This document shows positions 26,723-40,260 of a stretch of DNA of 64,000 bases, in pieces; position 1 is the first letter of the stretch, and each line of letters begins with the position of its first letter. The stretch lies in contig NC_045696.1 in the NCBI RefSeq assembly GCF_009834535.1, positions 97,776,001 through 97,840,000 of the forward strand. Direction: 5' to 3'. The translations under genes and the position numbers were made by a program. Below the pieces are notes generated by a model. That model worked only from the letters and a program-made list of their open reading frames with translations, was not told the origin of the DNA and did no database searches. The DNA comes from Camelus ferus. Taxonomy: Eukaryota.

Positions 26723-29552
26723 GTAAGTGTGACTTCGGGGACTTGGGATGGGAAAAGGGGAATTTTTACTAAGAATTAACCTGTTCCTAGTAAAAATAAT
26801 GAATGATGGGAAAATCACTCTACTAATCCTGGGTTTGGGGTTTGGAAGATGGGTGAGGGTAGAAAGGCAGGTAGTCCATTAGGACTTGGGGAGTAGCTTT
26901 GTTTTCTGTAAGCTGCACATTTATGGAGCTCCAGCAATGCAGGAAATTAGTGCTAATGAGAGTCTGTGGGACACTGACCTATAGACATATTATGTCCTCA
27001 TGTAACCTGTGTATCAACTTATGCTACTTAATCTCCAGTGGCATTGCTCTTTTCCAGAACGGATTTTCTATCTGCATTCAGAATTCCTCTAGCTTGGAGC
27101 GGGTATTAAGACAGTGGAAAAAGCAGAGATTTGAAGATTCAGACAAGCTTGAATTCAAGACTAAGCTCTGTCATTTATATCATGAGACTTAAGCAAGTTA
27201 CTCAAAGTCTTTGGGCCTCAGTGTCCTCATTTGAAAAATGTGAATAGTGACATTTACTTTTCAGGGAAATTGTGGGGATCAAATGAACTCTCATGTACGA
27301 AGTGTCTGGGATGGACTGATGTGTAGTAGGTAGCCAGTGATTACTGTGATCAGAAATACTGATTGAAGGATGGGCCACATTATCATTAAATAGTCTGACA
27401 TTTTACCCCTAATAGTGGAGAGTATTTTTGAAAACTAAATCAAAGTTAACACAGTAAGAATCCAGGAATGTTTTCCAGATGACTTAGCGCTCTTTAAAAA
27501 CAAACTGATAGTAAATCATGTTGGCAGCTCAGAGGAAAAGACACTTTTCCTGATCATATCAGTTCTAAAAAAAAAAAACAAGACCAAAACAAAACCCATT
27601 ATGCCCTGTAAGCTTATTCTACCACCAATAATGTAAAGGAAAATCCATTATAATCTCTCTCTAGATCTTTGTGGGTGTTTAGTTATTATAATATTTGAAT
27701 AGTTTTGTTGAAAAGCAGTTTCATTTAGTTGCCGTTTTGCAGATTAAATCTGTAAACTTTAGAATATTAACACCCAGTGTTGCTGAAGGTACTATGGAAT
27801 AGATACATAATGGGTGGTGGTGGTGGTACTGTGAATAAAAGTAAGGGTTTTTTGGAGGAAATTTTGATATGATAGAGTAAGATTCATGAAAATGCTTATG
27901 CCTTTTGACCCTGTAATCCTAAATCTGAGGATTCATTGTGAAGAAATAATCCAAAATAAGGAGAGAAATGTGTACATAACAGTTTGTAACAGTGTTATTT
28001 ATAGTAGCAGAAAGCTAGAGTCATCCTAGCATAGAAATGGCCAAAAAAATGATGGTGCACTCACTTCACAGCTGATGAAAATTGTGGTGTGGACAGGTAG
28101 CCACATGGAAAATGCCTGTTATTTTGTGTTAAGTGGAAAAGAGAAGTAACAGAATGGTGAAGGAACTATGATCACAACTATGGAAAATACACGCACGTGG
28201 GAAAACCCTGGGAGTAGGTATCTAAAACCATGGGAGGGTGATGGAATTGGGGGTAATTTTCCTCCATTATCCTTGAGCCCTCTGGGTTGCAGTTTTGTTT
28301 TACAACAAAAGCAATTTCTCTTTCAGCACAGGCCACGTGTGTGCTTCTCCTTTGACACAGCACTCCAGGGTGTAGGTCTAATCATTTCTACCAATACTGT
28401 GAGAAAGCCGGCGACTGCCCCTAGCCTACCGGGCCCTGGCTTCTCATCTCCCCTCAGTATGTAATTGTAATAAGCAGCAGGTTTGCAAGGCTTTAGTACG
28501 ATTAAATCAGAATCTATTAAAAACTGTGATAACTAATGGTGTTGAGAGGAGGGGAATCTAGGGCCCTTTTGCCTGTATTCCATGTAAAACTTAGAACTGC
28601 GAGAAGAAACTGTTCTCTATCTTTCACTGTCTAGGAATTCTTGAAAAATATCCTTTCAAGATCAAATCCTTCAAGAGAAAGGAGAGGAATATAGGTAAAT
28701 GATTAAAGGGCTAGATAACTACATGACAGCTGAAGGAATTTAGAAACTGGAATGTTCACTACAAACATTGTTCCTACTAACAATGAACTCAACTTCAGGA
28801 CTCAGTACTGAACAAGAGGGCTGGAAGAGAGGTGGAGAATCTGCCAGAAGCAATGCATGGTCCATACCTGCCCAAACCAGGGACTGTAACAGTAGAGGAA
28901 CCCATGTTCTCTCCGGAACTGGAACTCTTTGCTTAAGATACCAAGAAAGGGAAGTAAACACATTGAATTCTCCCAGTTTGTTGGCATGATACAGATCAAG
29001 CACACTGGAAAATCTGACTCTGAGATGATTTGAATGCATGGGGAAATTGAATTTACTTTACTTTGGATTAAGAGATTTAGTTTCAGATAAACCGTACCTT
29101 TCACCTGCATTCCCAGAGGGCAGTTAGGGGAGAGAGGCTGACAAACAGCAAAGTTTGGTGAATGATTTTCCTTTGTCCTCCACAACTGTGTCAGTGAGCA
29201 GTGGGGATTTGCTGCCAAGAGTGGTAGTTTCATGTCCAAACCATTCACTCCTCCTTCATCATTAGATTTTAACATCTGATAACCATGATATTAATAGATA
29301 CCATTTCTCGATCTTTTATTATGAATCAAGCACTATATTCAACATTTTACATACAATGCCTCATAACATCCCCAGGAGATGAGTTCTCAATACTATTTTT
29401 ATAGGAAAGGATTCTTGAGTTCACCCAGCTAGAAAGTGGCAGATCTGGGATTCGAACCCAGATCTACTCGATCCCAGAGCCTATGCTCTGATTATGAGCA
29501 TGAATGCAAAACAGTATTCTATTTCTGATACTTTCTCTTTTCCCTGCTGTAG

Positions 29553-29642
29553 ATGCTCATAGTAGCCACAGTTCTTCTTGTCCTGGAGAGCGATAACAAC
29601 TATAAATGTTGCCAGAGTGAAAACTGCAGCAAAAAGTACATG
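29553..29642 (+). CDS. TM4SF18: TM4SF18 coding exon 2
   Basis: tgtag|MLIVATVLLVLESDNNYKCCQSENCSKKYM|gtaaga; 90 nt, phase 0-0. Confidence 0.96.
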
Positions 29643-30789
29643 GTAAGAGCAATGGTATTTTGAGGATGGTGGAGTGGGCTCCAGCTTGCTTTCTTCTCAC
29701 TCTGAAACATGAACATACTGATGCTACTGTACCCTCTCCATGATCCTTCCAGTTTAGAGCCCAAGAGTTAACTCCAAAATTTATCTTCCATTTTGTTTAC
29801 ACTTTGTCTTCCACCTTTGTTAGGCTGACATTCTTCTAGAAATTCAGGATTGAAAGATGCATGAAATTAGACAATAATACTACCTTTTCCTAACTGGGTT
29901 TCTGTGAGTCTATTTTTTCCCTTGTCAACTTTATTGAGGGCTAATTTACACAGAATAAATGGTTTCCATTAAAAGGGTACAATTCCATGAGTTTTGATAG
30001 ATAACACTCCCTATGAAACCACCATCATAATCAAAATACAGAACATTTTCCATCACCCTGAAAGGTTAATTTGGGGTCTACTTTTTGTCATTATAGATTA
30101 GTTTTTATTCTATATAAATAGAAGCATGTAGTATTTGTCTTCCGTATCTGACTTCTTTCACACAGCATCAGATTTATTCCTGTGTTGGGCATATGTGATA
30201 TCCATTTTTTTTAATTGGAACTTTAAAAATAATTAAAATAGAATCATGAGAGAATAATACAACCAAATTTTCTAAGCCTGTGTTCAACAGGTAGGCACTG
30301 GGCTCCAAATGTCCACCATTACCCATCTCTTCCTCATCACAGTCATCATCATTTATTCATATTTGCATAACACTTTATATTTCTTTCAGACTTATCCAGT
30401 GAATTAGATCATTGTTACTTCTGTTTTATAGATGAGTCACCTGTGACTCAAAGAGAATGATTCATTAACTAGGAAGAGCTTTACCAGAAGTCTGGGAGGC
30501 GTCCTTTGCAGTGGTGGTTCTACACATTGGCTACACACTGCAATCATCTGGGAGCTTGGCATCAGAATCCCACCCCTCGAGACCCTGACTTAGTTGGCCC
30601 AAGGTGCTACCAGATTTTAACATGCAGCCAAGATGGTATGGCCTACTTTCTTTATCTGATGCCTCTGGAAGATTAAGTTAGCTATCTAATTTAGCACTGT
30701 GCCCCTACTTTGAAAGAGCTAAGCAGAGAATCCTGAGGCTCCTCTCTCCCTTCCTCCTGCTCTTCCCGCTGAGATGCTAGTCATCTCTT

Positions 30790-31118
30790 CCAAAAAAGGA
30801 CACTATGACCTCATCCACAAAACAGAAACAGACTGGCAGACATGGTAAACAATCTTATGGTTACCAAGGAAAGGGGATGAGAAGGGACAAATTTAGAAGT
30901 TTAAGATTTGCAAATGTTAGCCACTATATATAAAAATAGATTAAAAAATAAGTTTCTTCTATATAGCACAGGGAACTATACTCAATACCTTTTAATAACC
31001 TTTAATGAAAATGAATATGTATATGTATGTATATGCATGACTGGGACATTGTGCTGTACACCAGAAATTGATACATTGTAATTGACTGTACTTCAATTTA
31101 AAAAAAAAAAAAGAAAAA
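30790..31118 (+). mobile_element. Artiodactyl/camelid L1 3' end with polyA
   Basis: aaaacagaaacagact...tatagcacagggaactata...tgtacaccagaaattga followed by an A-tail; same family as the 19539 copy. Confidence 0.85.
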
Positions 31119-31119
31119 A

Positions 31120-31681
31120 CATATGAATTTTATTGACTATTTCCATATACACAGGAGCCTTCACAAAAGAATGAAGACACCAAAATGTGACCAGAGCAGT
31201 AAGCATCCATACCCTTTAGACAAAGAAACAACAGATTTGTAAAGAATCATGAAGTCAGAGGGGTTTGGGCTAAGAGTAGTAAATGGTGGAGAAGTAACTA
31301 GGAAGGTAAGGTTTTTTTTGTTTGTTTGAGGCAGGGTAATAGATTTTTGTTTTTTATTTCTTTTTAAATGGAGGTACTAGGGATTGAACCCAGGACCTCA
31401 TGCTTGCTAAGCATGCATAAGATTTTGTTTAACAAAGTTTATTTACACAGATTTCTTGGCCCCAAATTCCCAGTCTCCATTGATAAGCATGTCTTCCTTC
31501 CTCCTGGTGCAGAGAGCACCTTTCACATGGGAGTTTTATGACCTGTTTCAAAAAACAAGGATGAGAGGGTGGGGGAGGGCAGAGTCACCTTCCTGCCTCT
31601 GCTGTTTCCTCAAACTCCTTCAGCTTAAGATACTAATACGTCAAGGCCCCATATTGGAGCAGAGTGACCCGAACCCCGTCA
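31120..31681 (-). mobile_element. ERV1-like LTR with a truncated Vic-1-like SINE inside (about 31312-31417)
   Basis: LTR-like text ending cagcttaagatactaatacg...gaaccccgtca; SINE part gaggtactagggattgaacccaggacctcatgcttgctaagcatgc. Confidence 0.55.
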
Positions 31682-32909
31682 ATCTCATGACTGCTATCCA
31701 TTCCTCCCCAGAGTCTCATCTTCTGCCAACATTCTGTGGGTTGTTATCCCTGGAAAACAAAAATTGGCCAAATAGGGGTATTTGTAATAACAGATATTTT
31801 GATTATACTTTATTACATTTCAAATAATTTTTATATCCACTGTGTCCTTTAATTTTTGAAACAGCCCTGTGAGATGGGTGCTATAACCACCTACATCACC
31901 TACATCTTGCAGAAAAATGAAACTGACTCAGAGAGAGTCTTATTCCTACTCTATTTTGAGGCTTATCTTGGTTGTGCAATTGTATTCACTCATTAGACTG
32001 TTACTGTTTATGTGCACGTACATGTATATTATGCTATGGTTGCCTACTTCCCCAAATAAAGAGATTCTTCCCTGATCTTTCCAGTGATCAGGTTAAGGGT
32101 ACATTTAGTGAACAAGGAGCTCTGCCTTCTGGAAACAACCCTCCTCCTTTTTCAAAGACGGCATTGGTGAATAGATAAATTTTTTTAAGAAGTATAACTA
32201 ACAGAAATCTACTATAAAAAAATAGCTCTATTTATCTCATACCATGATGGGACAAAACTTTATTAAAATAAATATGGGAAATATAATTTGAAAGAGCTTT
32301 TAATCATAGGTGAAGTTGCCAGTGAAATCATTACTATCAAATAGGAAAAAAAGCATGGTGGTTCTTTTCTTCTTTGAGTTTTTAAAATTTTTTTCCTGAT
32401 TTTCCATAATGATCATGTATTAGTGTTACATTCATAAAATAATTCTAAACAAAGAAATACAATTTCAGACAATGTTTGTTCCAAAAATCACAAGTATTTT
32501 TGTTCTCCCTTTTTCTGGCCTCGGCTTTTGAATTTATCATCAGCTAGTAGGGCATACTTCTGTCCGGTGGTTCTGTTCTCACCTGAAATCAACATTTCTA
32601 AAACTAAATTAAATTTTCTCCCCAATCAAACTACCCTCCCTGGCATCCCTATTTCTGTTTCCCTTTCATTCAAGTCCCAAACTCTGGAATTTCTTTTTTT
32701 TCAGTCCATCTCCTACTACTCGTTTCCTCCTCAATGTCTTTTGCCCAGCACGTGTCTTTGTCATCACAGCTTGGAGTTTTCTCCACATGGAATTCTTACT
32801 TTGGGGCCCTCTCACCTCTGGTTGGTGTGCCACCACTGCCAGAGCAATTTTTCAAAATCATTTATTGGTTCATGTCACTTCCTTGCTCAAAAACTAATTC
32901 CATGGTTTG

Positions 32910-33990
32910 TTGGAAAAAGAGCTGTTCCAGGCCTAGGGCAGTATAAATTCAAAATGAGCTTGGGAAATCTTGTGCCAGGAAGCAAGGAAGTGTTCAAAGA
33001 ATGATAGGTTATGCCAAAGGGCACAGCCACCGACTTGAAGGGGTGCGCCCACTGGCCATATTGAGCCCATTTGACCATCTAAAAGAATAATAATAATTAT
33101 GAGTTATAACACATTGAATTAGAAAATCCATGAGTCCACAATAATACAGAAAGAGAGAGGCAGAGGAGAGAAACATGAAGTGGACGTTCTGTGCTGAAAC
33201 AACCATAACTTACAAATGCAGGAGAAGTGATGCAATTAGAAGGGCAGCACATTACAACCACTTACATCGATAATTCGTGATCAGTATGACGCTCATCAGC
33301 AGACGCTAAATCCATCAGTTGAAATGTCTTTAGGGAACAAGATATGAGACAGCCTCAAAGCATTACCTCACAAATCATTTCCTATCAGCTAAGTGGAAAA
33401 TGAACATTTATAAATCTGAAGGACACCACCCTAACGAAGAGATCAAATTTAGCATCATCGGTAACAGTGAGAGGCCCATAATGTACCCATGCCAATCATG
33501 TGTTCTTGCCAAAACATTTAACCCAAGTCCAACTGTGAGGAGACAATCAGAAAAGCCCAGAAAATGGGATGTTCTACAAGACAGCTGTCTGGGAGTCTTC
33601 AAAAACAATTTAATATTCTGAAAAACAAAAAGGCAGTGAGACGAGCATGGATTGAAGGAAACTGAAGAGATGTAACCTTGTGCATAAACCTTCTTTGGAT
33701 GCTGTGTAAAATAGTGAAAAACAGCTGCAGAATAATAGAATACCTTTCTTCTTGGGAGGTATGTACGGGTGTGCCAACAAGTTGAGACAGCACAATGTCT
33801 GCGACCTGCTTTCAGACGGTTAAGCAACAAAAACGTAAATAAATATATGTGTATGTAGATGCAGATATACAAAGGAAGGGAAAGAGAGAGAGCAAGCAAA
33901 AATGGTCAAATAGTCACAAAAGGTGAGTCTAAGTAAAGGGTACTCTATTTTCAACTTTTTTGTTTTTTTGAAAAAAAAATTAATAAAAGG
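32910..33990 (+). mobile_element. L1MC4/5-like 3' end
   Basis: gttccaggcctagggcag...gtgccaggaagcaaggaagtgttcaaagaatga...aagaaactgaagagatgtaac-like segments. Confidence 0.65.
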
Positions 33991-34808
33991 TTGCTGTGGG
34001 GAAGAGTCACTTGCCCTGAAGGATGAAGTCCAGCCTCCTTGATTCAACATCCAAGGTCATCTTCTGCCCCGATGCACCAAGCCGCACTCACGTTATACGT
34101 GACTCAAGGGCTGGCTTGTGGTTTCCCAGCGCAAGCACCATGCCAATCTGGTCATCATCATCTCCTCTCCTTCACTCCTCTGTAGAAATCCCCTCTTAGA
34201 TCAGATCAATCTACTTACTCCCCCAAATCAGCTTGTACTGATCTGCCTGTGAACATTGCTCATTCTCTCTCCTCAAATGAAAACACCCTCCTCCCCATCA
34301 ACCCCCTTGCTCACTTGAGGATAAATATGACCATCTGGGCTGACACCTGATATTTCCCCTCATAGTCCTGTGCGTGAAGATATTCAAAGATCGTCTTCGT
34401 AAGAGCAAAGCAGGGATCGTAGCTTGTGATTCGCAGAGAACCCACCGTACCTAGAAAATACCCTCTTCAATAAATACGTACAGATTCATTGAGCACATCC
34501 CTTCCCTGCATTTATGTCTGACATGATCATTTTTTTTATTTCATCATTCCAGAAAAAACAGGAAGAAGTTTGGTAAATTATGAATTTCCTCTATGAAATG
34601 CCAAAAGGGGGGTGGAAAAAGCATCTAAAAACCTATTTTTAAGATCAGGTGGATTTGTATTAAACATTTCCATTTTTATGTGGATGTCTGGTATAGAACA
34701 GACTGCAGTAGGCGTGCACGAGCAGGGGAAGGGACCTATCTGAGCATTTATCCACAGTATCCCTTTGTCTCATTCCACGGCGCTAACCTCCTTCTATGTT
34801 TAATTTAG

Positions 34809-34951
34809 GCACTGCTGTCGATGATCTTTTCTGCCCTTGGAATTGCTTTCTCTGGATACTGCCTGGGCATATCTGCTTTGGGCCTTCTTCAGGGCCCTTA
34901 CTGCCGCACTCTCGAGGGCTGGGGGTATGCCTTTGAAGGCACCGCAGGACG
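34809..34951 (+). CDS. TM4SF18: TM4SF18 coding exon 3
   Basis: tttag|ALLSMIFSALGIAFSGYCLGISALGLLQGPYCRTLEGWGYAFEGTAG(R)|gtaagg; 143 nt. Confidence 0.96.
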
Positions 34952-37929
34952 GTAAGGGCTAACACCCCAAATCAAGGAGGTCGGAAAGTCAGAAACACCT
35001 GGCTTCATGCTCCTACTCATTTTCCACCATCACCCTGGGGCTTTGTGAGGCTGGGGCTGCTCTTCGTGCAGAATTTTCCTATTAGTTTCCTAATATCCCG
35101 ACCAGTTTGTTCCTACACAGATCTTTGTGTAGGTGTTTTTCTCTCCAGTCGTTTACCGTCTTATGCATTCACTGTTCTGAGGCTGTCAATGAGATGTCCA
35201 AGTGCAAGGCGTGTTCCTCCCACCCTGAAGAGCGGGGCTTCATGGTTATCATGGTCTGGCAACTGCTGGGTTTGGGACCTGAGTGGTTCTGGAGAGCCAG
35301 TCTTATTTTGTGGCCAGGGTGGACATGTCTGTTACAGACGTGAGAGGGCTCGGATGGGAGAGAGTCACAGTGCCCTGGGATGGTGCCACCCGCGGCTGTA
35401 CCATCAGGGGTTACAAGGAGAAGAAGCAGGCAGGTGAGCAGCGAAGTGCAGTCTGAGATCCAGGGACACGAGTATGCACAGGAGGTTGTGGAAGGAGCCA
35501 GGAGCTTATTGAGCTTGTACTGAAGGAGTGTCCAAGGGTCGCCTTGCTCAGAAGGCTGGTAGCTCAGTCAGATGCTGAGGGACCCAGTCCAGCATCACAG
35601 AGTGCCTCACACTGGCACTGTGCTAGGTTTATGGGCCTTTCAGCTCGGGAGGTGGCAGCGCCCAGACAGAGGTACAGGGAGAGGGCCACCGAATCTCTCC
35701 CTGCCTTGCCCTGCGCTCAGAACTCTAATGGAGTGAAATGAGGGCGTGTCCATACCGTTCCCCGGGGAAGTTACATTTCTGAATGCTTGGAGGAGACACT
35801 CCTTTGGGACTGAAGGGGCTCAGGAAAGGGGACCCTAACGTAAAAATTCCTAACGGATGCAAAAAATTGTTTTCTGCCTTCAGCCCCTCTACTTTTCCTC
35901 ACCGCCAAACTAAAGAAGATTCCCCTCTCAAAGCAAGAATCTCAGGCTGCCCACATTCCTCCTTTAAAGTTGCCCTTGATATTTGCATTCACCCGATTCC
36001 AGTTGTGTAAAAATGTTAGGAGGTGAAACAGTAAAACAAACGTGTTCCCCTGAAGGGAAGCTAAATCTCTGGTCTCCAAGGGAAGTTCCCAAGGCCTGGT
36101 GAAGGCTGGGTGGAGCCAGTGCTAATGGGGAACAAATCAGCTGTTCATTTATTCAACAAATATTTATTAAGCTTCTACCATGTTCAAGTCTTAGATCAGG
36201 AGCTAGAGAGTCAAAAATAAACTACACAGGTTCGCTTCCCTCGAGGGACCCACACAGACCTAACAGAACCTTCTGCTGAGATGGAGGCCGTGGAAGGAAC
36301 ACTGCCCTTGGAGCACAGGGCATCCCATAGGGTTCAAGTCTCCCATCTCCTACTTACAAACGATATGGCCTTAGACAAATACCTGGATATCTCTGAGCCT
36401 CTGTAAACTGGAGATAATAATTATTTCTACCCCGACAGAACTGAAAATTAAACAGAAGTAAAGAACAAATTAGATTTAATAAGTTCTCCACATGCCAGAT
36501 TTTATCATCATCATTACTTTCCATAGCCTTCTATGCTGCATTGATGTCTTCTGTCTGCGAGGTGGCCAGCAAGTCCAGCCATTGGCATGCTGACCATTGA
36601 GGGTCCTGAATCAGGTTCATTCAACAAGCATTTGTTGACCTTTGCAATGCACCAGGCACTGCCTTAGGCCTTAGACGTGGCCATTCAGAGATGGATGAAT
36701 CACAATAGTGCTCTCAGGGTGCACAGTTTAGTGAGGAAATAGATATGCTGATACAGCTAAAGATAGAATTTTAAGAGAATGAAGTCAATACTGTGATAGA
36801 ACTGTGTGCAGAGACTGTGGAGAATGTATATCAGAGCAGACTTCTCTATTCCTTCCAGACCCTGCCAGTGCCCTTATGACTCATTCTATTTATACAAGAA
36901 TAAATAGGACCCCTACTCTGGGAGAAAAATAGAAAACTTGCAAATCATCTTTCTTTAAAGCGTGGGACAATGTATGCAGAGCATATACTGGGAACAGTCT
37001 AGAGCAAGGGTCTTGAAGGGACTCCTTGATGGCGGAGACTGAGTTAGGAGTAGGAGGGTGTCTGAGATGGGTCTAGGGAACTGGTAAGAGGAAATTACAT
37101 TCATACTGTGCTTTATACATCCTGAAGCATTTTGCATACCTCTCACCGAATATTCACAACAATCCTAGGGTTAGATATTTTAAGCCCATTGTCCAGACAA
37201 GATTCTAGAGGTCAAAGATGTCAAGTCCCTGGCCCAAGATCCTACAGCTCCAGGAGTTCTGTCTCCACAGTCAATGCCCTTTACCACTTGAGACTTAAGG
37301 ACTGTCAGCAATATTGAGAAACTCTCTGAGTGCCTCTGAATGTCCTAGAGCACAGAGAGCAGGAAATAAAGAAAGGGATGGAAGAGAGTTACAGGAAGGG
37401 AATAGGAGAGAAATGGAGGGGGGAGACAGAAAAAAGAGAGAGAAGAAAGAAGTCATGGTAGTGGTGGTGACCAAAAGGCAGAGCTCACCCCTTTCAGCCA
37501 CGAGCGCCAGCACCCACGGCCACTTGGCCAATACCAACGTTGCCTGAATTGCTGTTTTGAGAAAAAAAAAAAGCATCTTGCTACTAACACGATATTAATA
37601 AACAACTCTGCCCTGTAACTAGGTTTGATTTTTTGTTTGTTTCTTTGGGGGATTTTTTTTTTTTTTTTTTTGAGGAGACCGGTTTTTACTTCAGTTTAGT
37701 TGGACAGAGAGAGTGTCACCCTTGGAGAAATGCTAATGGCCATGGCTGACCTGGAAGTGAGCAAAAGTCAGTCAGGATGACTCAGCATGGTTTTAAGATT
37801 ATCTTCAAAGCCGAAGTGATTTAATCCTCACAGTCCTGTACTAACCTAGACGGACTGAACCATTCAGTCTTTTGTGTTTCCACCGCATTATCTAAATCTC
37901 CTTCAGAGCTGCAGACCAGCAGCTTTATA

Positions 37930-38106
37930 AAGCAGCGGTCCTCACACTGTGGACCCAGACCGGCAGCACCAGCATCACCTTAGAAACTGAAGGTATCCAG
38001 CCCCATCCAGACCTTCTGAATCAAACTCTGGGCTAGGGCGCAGCAATCTGCATTTTCGCAAACCTTACAGAGAATCTTGACATAGGCACAAATTTGAGAG
38101 CCACTG
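37930..38106. mobile_element. MER5A-like MITE
   Basis: agcagcggtcctcacactgtggaccc...agcatcacct...gcaatctgcatttt...tttgagagccactg. Confidence 0.7.
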
Positions 38107-38577
38107 TTTTAAAGGGCTTTGGGACAGAGTCTAAGAATAACTAGCATCATGGTCTCTCTGCTCTTTTCCCACCTGTGTGATTTTATATCCACGCCAGCTC
38201 AGCCCTGTCCCTGACAGCCCAGGCTAACTTCTGTGCCCCTCGGAGATGGGCAACCTCTGCCTCCCTTGGTATTGACATGTGCTGCCTTGCATTGTTTTGA
38301 ACTCTTCATAAGCATCTTGCCTCCTAAATGAATTAGAATTGTCTGAGGCAGGCACCGTGTTCATAACAAGCATAGCCTAGAGCAGTGCATACTAGGTGTT
38401 CAACATATGTATCTGAGTAATTTTTATATATTATATCATACTTAATAATATTATATATTTTAATCATATATATTAATTTCCCAAATATATGAATACTCAT
38501 GACCTTCTTCCTTGGACCCAGTCTTTGGGTTTGGCTATGGCCACGTGTCAGCTGATTATTTCCTTCCTTTCTCTCAG

Positions 38578-38758
38578 TTTCCTTACAGATTCCAGCATGT
38601 GGATTCAGTGCCTGGAACCTGCACATATAGTGGAGTGGAACATCATTTTATTTTCCATTCTCATAGCTCTCAGCGGGCTTCAAGTGATTGTCTGCCTCAT
38701 CAGAGTAGTCATGCAGTTATCCAGGATGCTGTGTGGAACCTATTCAGTCATCATACAG
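38578..38758 (+). CDS. TM4SF18: TM4SF18 coding exon 4
   Basis: ctctcag|(R)FLTDSSMWIQCLEPAHIVEWNIILFSILIALSGLQVIVCLIRVVMQLSRMLCGTYSVIIQ|gtaaca; 181 nt. Confidence 0.96.
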
Positions 38759-39361
38759 GTAACAGATCCCCACTGGCACCAGTACCTCCTCCATTTACCC
38801 CCACTGTCTGGGATTCAGTGAGTGTTATTGAAAGGTTTTTAGAATTTCATCATTTTCTCTCCATTCTTACTGCCTTCATGCAGCCTCTAATACCTAGTTT
38901 TTTTCTAATATTCCAATGTATCTGCTGGCTTGTCTCTAGGGATTTAACAAATGGAATAATTGTAAAATTTCATTCTGTGTTGTATGGTGAAAGCACTACA
39001 AATGTTTTGAATGAGCAACATTTCAGTGTTCTATGTAGAAATAACCCAAAGCTCAAAGAAGTCTTACCATTTATTGAGAATTTCCCTAATCATAAAATAA
39101 TTGAAGGCTCACAACCCAAACCCACTGAAATAATTTCTCTTTTGAATGCTACTACATTCAACTAATAATCTTTTTTTTATATTAAGTCATTAGTGAGTGG
39201 TTTTGGAGAAATATATCTTTCCTGGTTGTTTAAATAGATATTTTCCTGTTCTATCATGTTTTGAATATGAATTATAAGTTTCAGTTGCTACATGGATTAT
39301 GGATCATTAATCAAGTCAAGTTTACTCACTTTGTTTTTCTTTTCTTCTTTTTTTTTAATAG

Positions 39362-39376
39362 CCTGGAATCATTTGA
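39362..39376 (+). CDS. TM4SF18: TM4SF18 last coding exon (PGII-stop); total CDS 606 nt, 201 aa
   Basis: Long polypyrimidine tract, atag|CCT GGA ATC ATT TGA; matches the known C-terminus QPGII. Confidence 0.93.
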   Translation, partial: PGII

Positions 39377-39583
39377 TTAAGGACAGGAATATTTTTCTTT
39401 ATCAAGATATGGCCATCTGCCTATGTCTACTGTATAGACTTGAAGACAATATTCAAATGAGGATATTTTCTCCAGCTGTTTATTGTCCTCACTGGAAATG
39501 CCAATTATGAGACCCTTCTGTTTAGAATTTTTTCCTAAGCTATATGTGTCAAGATCTTCAGAAATGTTCATACCTTCTGATCA

Positions 39584-39733
39584 AATAAATCCAATTTCAA
39601 TCATCTATACTATGAAAATAAATAAGAATACAAAATATAACTTTATGCAAATACACATATTTGAACATCATTTAATATTCTGGAAAATTAGAAATACCCC
39701 AAAACTCTAAGTTTAGGCAAAAGATTAAATAAA
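39584..39733 (+). terminator. Candidate polyadenylation signals of TM4SF18
   Basis: AATAAA at 39584, 39617 and 39728; which one is used cannot be determined. Confidence 0.45.
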
Positions 39734-39892
39734 GTGTGGTACATTAGTTATAATATTGTGCAGGCATTACAAATGATATTTTAAAGATTATGACTAGTGC
39801 TATATGAAAAAGCAGATTATAAATTTATGTTTACAATATAAGCATAATTATCTAAAACAAAAACAAACCAACAAACAAAACCAAATAATCAA

Positions 39893-40260
39893 AATATAGA
39901 CCTGGAGATCGTCATTCTAAGTGAAGTAAGTCAGAAAGAGAAAGAAAAATGTCATATGTTATCGCTTATATGTGGAATCTGAAAAAAAGGACAAACGAGC
40001 TTATCTATAAAACAGAAACAGACTCCCAGACATAGAGAATAAATTTATGGTTACCAGGAAGTAAAGTGGGAAGGGATAAACTGGGAATTCAAAAATTGCA
40101 TGTCTTGGGAAGTGATGGAAATGTTAGCTATCTTGATTGTGGAAGTGGTTTCATGGGTGTATACATCTATCAAAGTTCATCAAATTGTACATCTGAAATA
40201 TGTGTATGTACAGGAACCATACCACAATAAAGGCATAAAAATAATAAAAATTTAAAAAGA
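39893..40260 (+). mobile_element. L1 3' UTR fragments
   Basis: gacctggagatcgtcattctaagtgaagtaagtcagaaagagaaag...aaacagaaacagactc; then gatggaaatgtt...tcttgattgtgg. Confidence 0.75.

Noticed and set aside
38512..39165. 217-aa ORF overlapping TM4SF18 exon 4 in another frame, and the intron read-through to 38821
   Set aside because: No recognisable domain; they run into intron. The canonical spliced frame explains the region, and there is no expression evidence.
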